NCBI GenBank assembly: GCA_039815185.1
Contig: JBCBZT010000029.1
Span: 1-64,000 of the forward strand
Source: Cyanobacteria bacterium P01_A01_bin.123
GTDB lineage: Bacteria; Cyanobacteriota; Cyanobacteriia; Phormidesmidales; Phormidesmidaceae
Direction: 5' to 3'
DNA: 64,000 nt
Part shown: positions 59,927 through 64,000 of the stretch, in pieces
Position numbering within the stretch: the first letter of the stretch is position 1
Layout of the letters: every line of letters begins with the position of its first letter
Program-made: the position numbers and the translations under genes
The notes under the pieces: model-generated
What the model was told of the DNA's origin: nothing
What the model saw: only the letters and a program-made list of their open reading frames with translations
Databases searched by the model: none

Positions 59927-62023
59927 ATGGCTTACGGATCAGGGACATCAACCAAGAACAATACGCCAACTGGAAGTATTAACGTTGATGCCCTTATGTA
60001 CAAAAAAAGCTGGGCATCTAACGTTGTTAGCTTTAGCTTTACCGATAACTTTAGCAATGACTACGAAGATGATTATGATCTAGACGCTGGTGATGTCTAC
60101 CAAAACGGTTTCGGACAGCTTGTCCCAGCTCAGCAGAGTGCCATGCTTGAATGGATTGAGATGTTTGAAAACGTCTCAGGTCTCGAGTTTGAGCAGAAAA
60201 CCGGCTCTGAAGATCGGGATGCAACTATTCGGATCGCTCGCTCAACTTATCCAGCCAATGCTGGTGCTGTTGCTCTTGCAAGTTACCCTGGGAGCTCTTT
60301 CAAAGCGGGGGATATCTGGTTAGATAACGACCAGCTCCTTAACCCAGAGATAGGAAACTTCGACTATTACGTCTTGGGGCACGAACTGGGGCATGCGGTA
60401 GGGCTAGTGCATGGCCATGAAAAGACTGGGGTTGCAAATATGGCCCTGCTTCCTCAGCATGACTCAATGGAGTTTTCGATTATGACCTACCGCGCCTACA
60501 TTGGGGATCCCGGAAATGGCGTCTCCCTTAGACCCTCGGGATACCCCCAGTCGCTGATGATGCATGACATCAGGGCGCTGCAGGAGATGTATGGGGCCAA
60601 TTACGATTACAACAGTTCCGACACAGTCTATAGCTTCTCAACCCTCACGGGCGAGATGTCGATCAACGGCGTGGGTCAAGGGAAACCCATCGACAACCAG
60701 ATCTTTCGCACGATTTGGGATGGGGGTGGTATTGATACCTATGATTTCTCTAACTACATCACAAATCTCTCCATTAACCTCCAACCCGGAGAATATGTCG
60801 ATCTCGATGTGGGAGTGCACGGAGTCAGCGGCAATTTTCAACGGGCTCAGCTCGACAAGGATGGGTCTGAATATGCCCGGGGACACGTGTTTAATGCCTT
60901 AAGTTTCAGTGGTGAAGATCATAGAGATGAGAAATCACTCATCGAAAATGCCGAGGGTGGATCGGGAAATGATGTTTTTCAGGGTAACAGCGCTGACAAT
61001 ATGCTCTCCGGTAATGCCGGTAACGATACGATAAACGGCCACTCAGGTAACGACTCACTGTATGGCGATGAAGGTGCCGACGTTATCAACGGTGGAACTG
61101 GCGACGATAACATCTACGGTGGCAAAGACCCTGACGTGATGGACGGGGGGACGGGCGTTGATACGCTCATCGTATTCGAGCATGCTGGTTATGAGTTGGA
61201 TATGAATACCGGCAACACCAACGTCCGAGGCGAAGTTGCCCAAAATTTTGAAAACGTTTTAACTGGCCTTGGTAACAATGTGATCATCGGTACCGATACC
61301 GATAACATGATCAGCACAGGGTCGCATGATGACAAAATTTTTGGGAATGGCGGTAACGACTTTATCGTAGCTGGTGACGGTAACGATTGGGTTGATGGCG
61401 GTTTTGGTGATGACTCCATGGATGGGGGGCCTGGGGTAGACACATTAGACGTTCGCTTCTGGAACGCTGGTTACGAGCTCAATATGAAGACAGGTGTAAC
61501 CAATTTTGCGGGCGAAACGGCTGAGAACTTTGAAAACGTCTACACCGGGGATGGCAATGACGAAATTATTGGTACCTCAGAGGCTAACTTCATCGACGCT
61601 GGCGCTGGTAATGACCGCCTTGAGGGTAAAGACGGGGACGATATTCTGATTGGGGGAGAGGGGGATGACGTTCTCGACGGGGGCGCATTAGATCACCACG
61701 GTGAGATTGACTATGTGACCGGTGGTGGCGGCGCAGATCTCTTTAGCCTGCAGGATGATGGTGATGTTTACAAGGGGCTCACCGTGATCAATGACTTTCA
61801 TTACTTTGATGGTGACACCATTAGTCTGCCGGGTTTTGGCAAAGATGCCTTTAATGGCAAATTTGAGTTCCAACATGGTTCCTTAGGCATTGCGACTGGC
61901 GCTTACCTAGTGACTACGGGTGGCAGCGAAGTGGCCTTCTTCCAGTACAACGCTCCCGGTGGTATTGGTTCTGAGGCCGAATTGAATAATTTGTTCAGCG
62001 GTATTCTTTCGCCCATTGTGTAA
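59927..62023 (+). CDS. Serralysin-like M10B zinc metalloprotease with RTX calcium-binding repeats
   Basis: HELGHAVGLVH (HExxHxxGxxH), Met-turn SIMTY, DIRALQEMYG, TIWDGGGIDT, IENAEGGSGND, many GGxGxD nonapeptides; GGAG RBS. Confidence 0.92.
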   Translation: MAYGSGTSTKNNTPTGSINVDALMYKKSWASNVVSFSFTDNFSNDYEDDYDLDAGDVYQNGFGQLVPAQQSAMLEWIEMFENVSGLEFEQKTGSEDRDATIRIARSTYPANAGAVALASYPGSSFKAGDIWLDNDQLLNPEIGNFDYYVLGHELGHAVGLVHGHEKTGVANMALLPQHDSMEFSIMTYRAYIGDPGNGVSLRPSGYPQSLMMHDIRALQEMYGANYDYNSSDTVYSFSTLTGEMSINGVGQGKPIDNQIFRTIWDGGGIDTYDFSNYITNLSINLQPGEYVDLDVGVHGVSGNFQRAQLDKDGSEYARGHVFNALSFSGEDHRDEKSLIENAEGGSGNDVFQGNSADNMLSGNAGNDTINGHSGNDSLYGDEGADVINGGTGDDNIYGGKDPDVMDGGTGVDTLIVFEHAGYELDMNTGNTNVRGEVAQNFENVLTGLGNNVIIGTDTDNMISTGSHDDKIFGNGGNDFIVAGDGNDWVDGGFGDDSMDGGPGVDTLDVRFWNAGYELNMKTGVTNFAGETAENFENVYTGDGNDEIIGTSEANFIDAGAGNDRLEGKDGDDILIGGEGDDVLDGGALDHHGEIDYVTGGGGADLFSLQDDGDVYKGLTVINDFHYFDGDTISLPGFGKDAFNGKFEFQHGSLGIATGAYLVTTGGSEVAFFQYNAPGGIGSEAELNNLFSGILSPIV

Positions 62024-62056
62024 CCCAAAGCGAATGATGAGTAGGTTACCCAAAGT

Positions 62057-62167
62057 GAATCTCCCCCTACAAATATTGGCCCTGCTGACATCGAGGGTGC
62101 AGTAAACAACAAGAGACTTTGCTTTCGCGATCGGACAATCGATAAGGGCTTTTCTCACCCTAAAAAC
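62057..62167 (+). repeat. 111-bp diverged repeat, copy 2
   Basis: See 59509..59619; ends 35 bp upstream of peptide C. Confidence 0.6.
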
Positions 62168-62202
62168 TTGCTTCAACTGAAAATAGCAAGGAGTTGAAAA
62201 TC

Positions 62203-62385
62203 ATGAAGCTTCAAAACAAATCGACCTCAAAAGAAGCAGCTAAAAGCAGCGATCTTCTCAGCGAGCTGACACCAGAGCAACTCTCTGCAATTGCAGGCGG
62301 CGACGGTTGGTGGCGTCCGGTTGGGAGTGTGCACCTCTCCGACAACCATAACATCACGATGGTCAGTCGTAAAGCAATTCATTGA
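62203..62385 (+). CDS. Double-glycine-leader peptide C
   Basis: AAGGAG RBS; leader ends LLSELTPEQLSAIAGG; core DGWWRPVGSVHLSDNHNITMVSRKAIH. Confidence 0.8.
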   Translation: MKLQNKSTSKEAAKSSDLLSELTPEQLSAIAGGDGWWRPVGSVHLSDNHNITMVSRKAIH

Positions 62386-62463
62386 TCACAAACTGCAGTG
62401 GCTGATTCAAAAAATGCACTTTAAAGTGCCCAATTTTATCTCTTATCTAAAAGGAGAAGCACA

Positions 62464-62685
62464 ATGACACCTTGTCAAAATTCATCAATGAATAGTTTGT
62501 CCCAAGCATTAACAGAAATTCAGTTGGCTCAGATTCGAGGTGGTATCACACTACCTCAGGATCTCAAGTTCCAAGAAAAGCTTGTTGAGGAGGATGTGGG
62601 AATAGATCTCTCTGCTCTAAACAGTCAGAGAGGTAGGGATCATGATCATGCTGTAGATGGGCTAATTTGGCTGAGAACAGTCTAG
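62464..62685 (+). CDS. Double-glycine-leader peptide D
   Basis: AAGGAG RBS; leader ends LSQALTEIQLAQIRGG; acidic 46-aa core. Confidence 0.7.
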   Translation: MTPCQNSSMNSLSQALTEIQLAQIRGGITLPQDLKFQEKLVEEDVGIDLSALNSQRGRDHDHAVDGLIWLRTV

Positions 62686-62864
62686 AAAGCAGCGTGGAAT
62701 CTGACCTGATCAAAATAGCTTCAATTTGATAGGCAGATCGCTTAAAAGTTTCCCGGTGCGTTAGCACCCAAGGAAAGCATCTACCTCATGCTAGGCGGTG
62801 CCTTAAAAGCTTCGTCTAACCCATCTTTGCGACCATTCAAAACAATTGAAATTGAGGAAACCTT

Positions 62865-64000
62865 ATGAACATTCGATCTTCCGGGCACGCTTGGGGCACG
62901 CTCGAACCCCAGGTAGACGCCCTCGTTAAAGACCTGATGCAACAGCAACACCTGCCCGGTATAACCGTGGCAGTGACCCAACAGGGTCGTTTAATCTTCT
63001 CCAAAGGCTATGGCTGGGCCAATGTTCAAACTAAGCAGGCCATGGAACCTTTCATGAGCAGCCGCATTGGTAGTGTGACCAAAGCTGTCGTTACGGGGCC
63101 TGCTGGCTGGCAGCTGATGCGGGCAAAGGGCATTAATCCTCAGCAGCAAAAGCTTTATGGGCCAAGTGGTCTATTCAAAAACCGCTTTGCAGAAGATATT
63201 GCCCTCAGCTCTGACCCAAACAAGCATTGGTACGACCAAATCACGCTGCAACACCTCCTAGATCATGCCGCAGGGTTTGTCCGTGAGCCCGATACGAAGG
63301 GCGCTGCAGCCATGTTTACTAATAACAATGCAGCAGCTCTGACCTACGAACAAATCCACAAACACTTTCTCAGAACGAAGAAATTGCTCTTCAAACCAGG
63401 GACCCGTATCAACTATTCCAACCACGGTTTCGGCCTATGGACGTTGATTATCGAAGCCCTGTCTGGCAAGACTTATCGTGCCTATGCGATAAACAACTAT
63501 CTGCGATCGCTCGGTCTCCACGCGGCGGTGCTGCCTGAAAGCACTGAACTCGGCAACCGTCAGGCCTGGAGCCACGTTTACAACGAGCAAGAGAAGCCTG
63601 TCTTCATTCAGCCTCAGAATTCAGGCACGGGTTTAGCAGCGGGTGGATTCCGGGCCTCCGCTCAGGATCTGACCTACATCACGGCTTACCTCGCCGACAC
63701 CTATGCCGACTCAGAGCTGAATAAGATGGCTTGGGGAAGAGAGCCCCGCGGCAAGTTAGAACATAATGGCCGGATCCACAATGCCGGAACCGCCTATGTC
63801 GCCATGTTTCCAGACGGTTATACCGCCTCGAATGGTGCCGATCTTAGTCGTATCCATATCGCTGTGGCCACCAACCTCAATATGGACAAGACAGATAATC
63901 AGACTGCTTTACTTGAGTCCCTCTCGACTCAAATTGCGCTTGCGGTTCCTGCGGCGAAGGTTCCGGCAAACTACGCGATTACCCAGTTCCTGCGTCAGGA
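62865..64000 (+). CDS. Serine hydrolase, beta-lactamase family, running off the window
   Basis: Manual translation: MNIRSSG...LPGITVAVTQQGRLIFSKGYG...RIGSVTK (SxxK)...LLDHAAG...PGTRINYSNHG (YxN). GAGGA RBS. Not in the ORF track. Confidence 0.88.
   Translation, partial: MNIRSSGHAWGTLEPQVDALVKDLMQQQHLPGITVAVTQQGRLIFSKGYGWANVQTKQAMEPFMSSRIGSVTKAVVTGPAGWQLMRAKGINPQQQKLYGPSGLFKNRFAEDIALSSDPNKHWYDQITLQHLLDHAAGFVREPDTKGAAAMFTNNNAAALTYEQIHKHFLRTKKLLFKPGTRINYSNHGFGLWTLIIEALSGKTYRAYAINNYLRSLGLHAAVLPESTELGNRQAWSHVYNEQEKPVFIQPQNSGTGLAAGGFRASAQDLTYITAYLADTYADSELNKMAWGREPRGKLEHNGRIHNAGTAYVAMFPDGYTASNGADLSRIHIAVATNLNMDKTDNQTALLESLSTQIALAVPAAKVPANYAITQFLRQ

Noticed and set aside
58431..62685. Lanthipeptide, cyanobactin or microviridin assignment for peptides A-D
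   Set aside because: The cores lack Cys and the class-specific motifs, and no LanM, YcaO or ATP-grasp gene is present.
1..64000. CRISPR array, tRNA/rRNA genes, intact transposase
   Set aside because: No repeat-spacer periodicity, cloverleaf or transposase motifs were seen by eye; the 21-bp repeats are two-copy tandems without spacers.

Overview
Cyanobacterial chromosome segment, inferred from the many HIP1 octamers (GCGATCGC), an IsiA-family gene, Uma2 and AMIN-type TonB-dependent receptors. Positions 1 to about 52 kb form a large iron-acquisition island. It holds six tandem AraC / TonB-dependent receptor / siderophore-binding lipoprotein cassettes, remnants of at least one more, FecCDE permease/ATPase genes, a YbtPQ/IrtAB-like ABC pair, TonB-ExbBD, a ferritin-like gene, an IsiA-family antenna gene, a GDT1/TMEM165 Mn transporter behind a yybP-ykoY riboswitch, and five methyltransferase genes. 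Receptor promoters 1-4 each carry a Fur-like box plus their own 21-bp-period direct repeat. Positions 52-64 kb are an unrelated accessory locus. An HTH-NB-ARC-WD40 (STAND) gene is divergent from four small double-glycine-leader peptide genes (one hidden by an in-frame stop), a serralysin-like RTX metalloprotease and a beta-lactamase-family serine hydrolase. This second locus is the best candidate for an undescribed peptide signalling or RiPP-like system. All calls come from reading motifs by eye; no database search was run.
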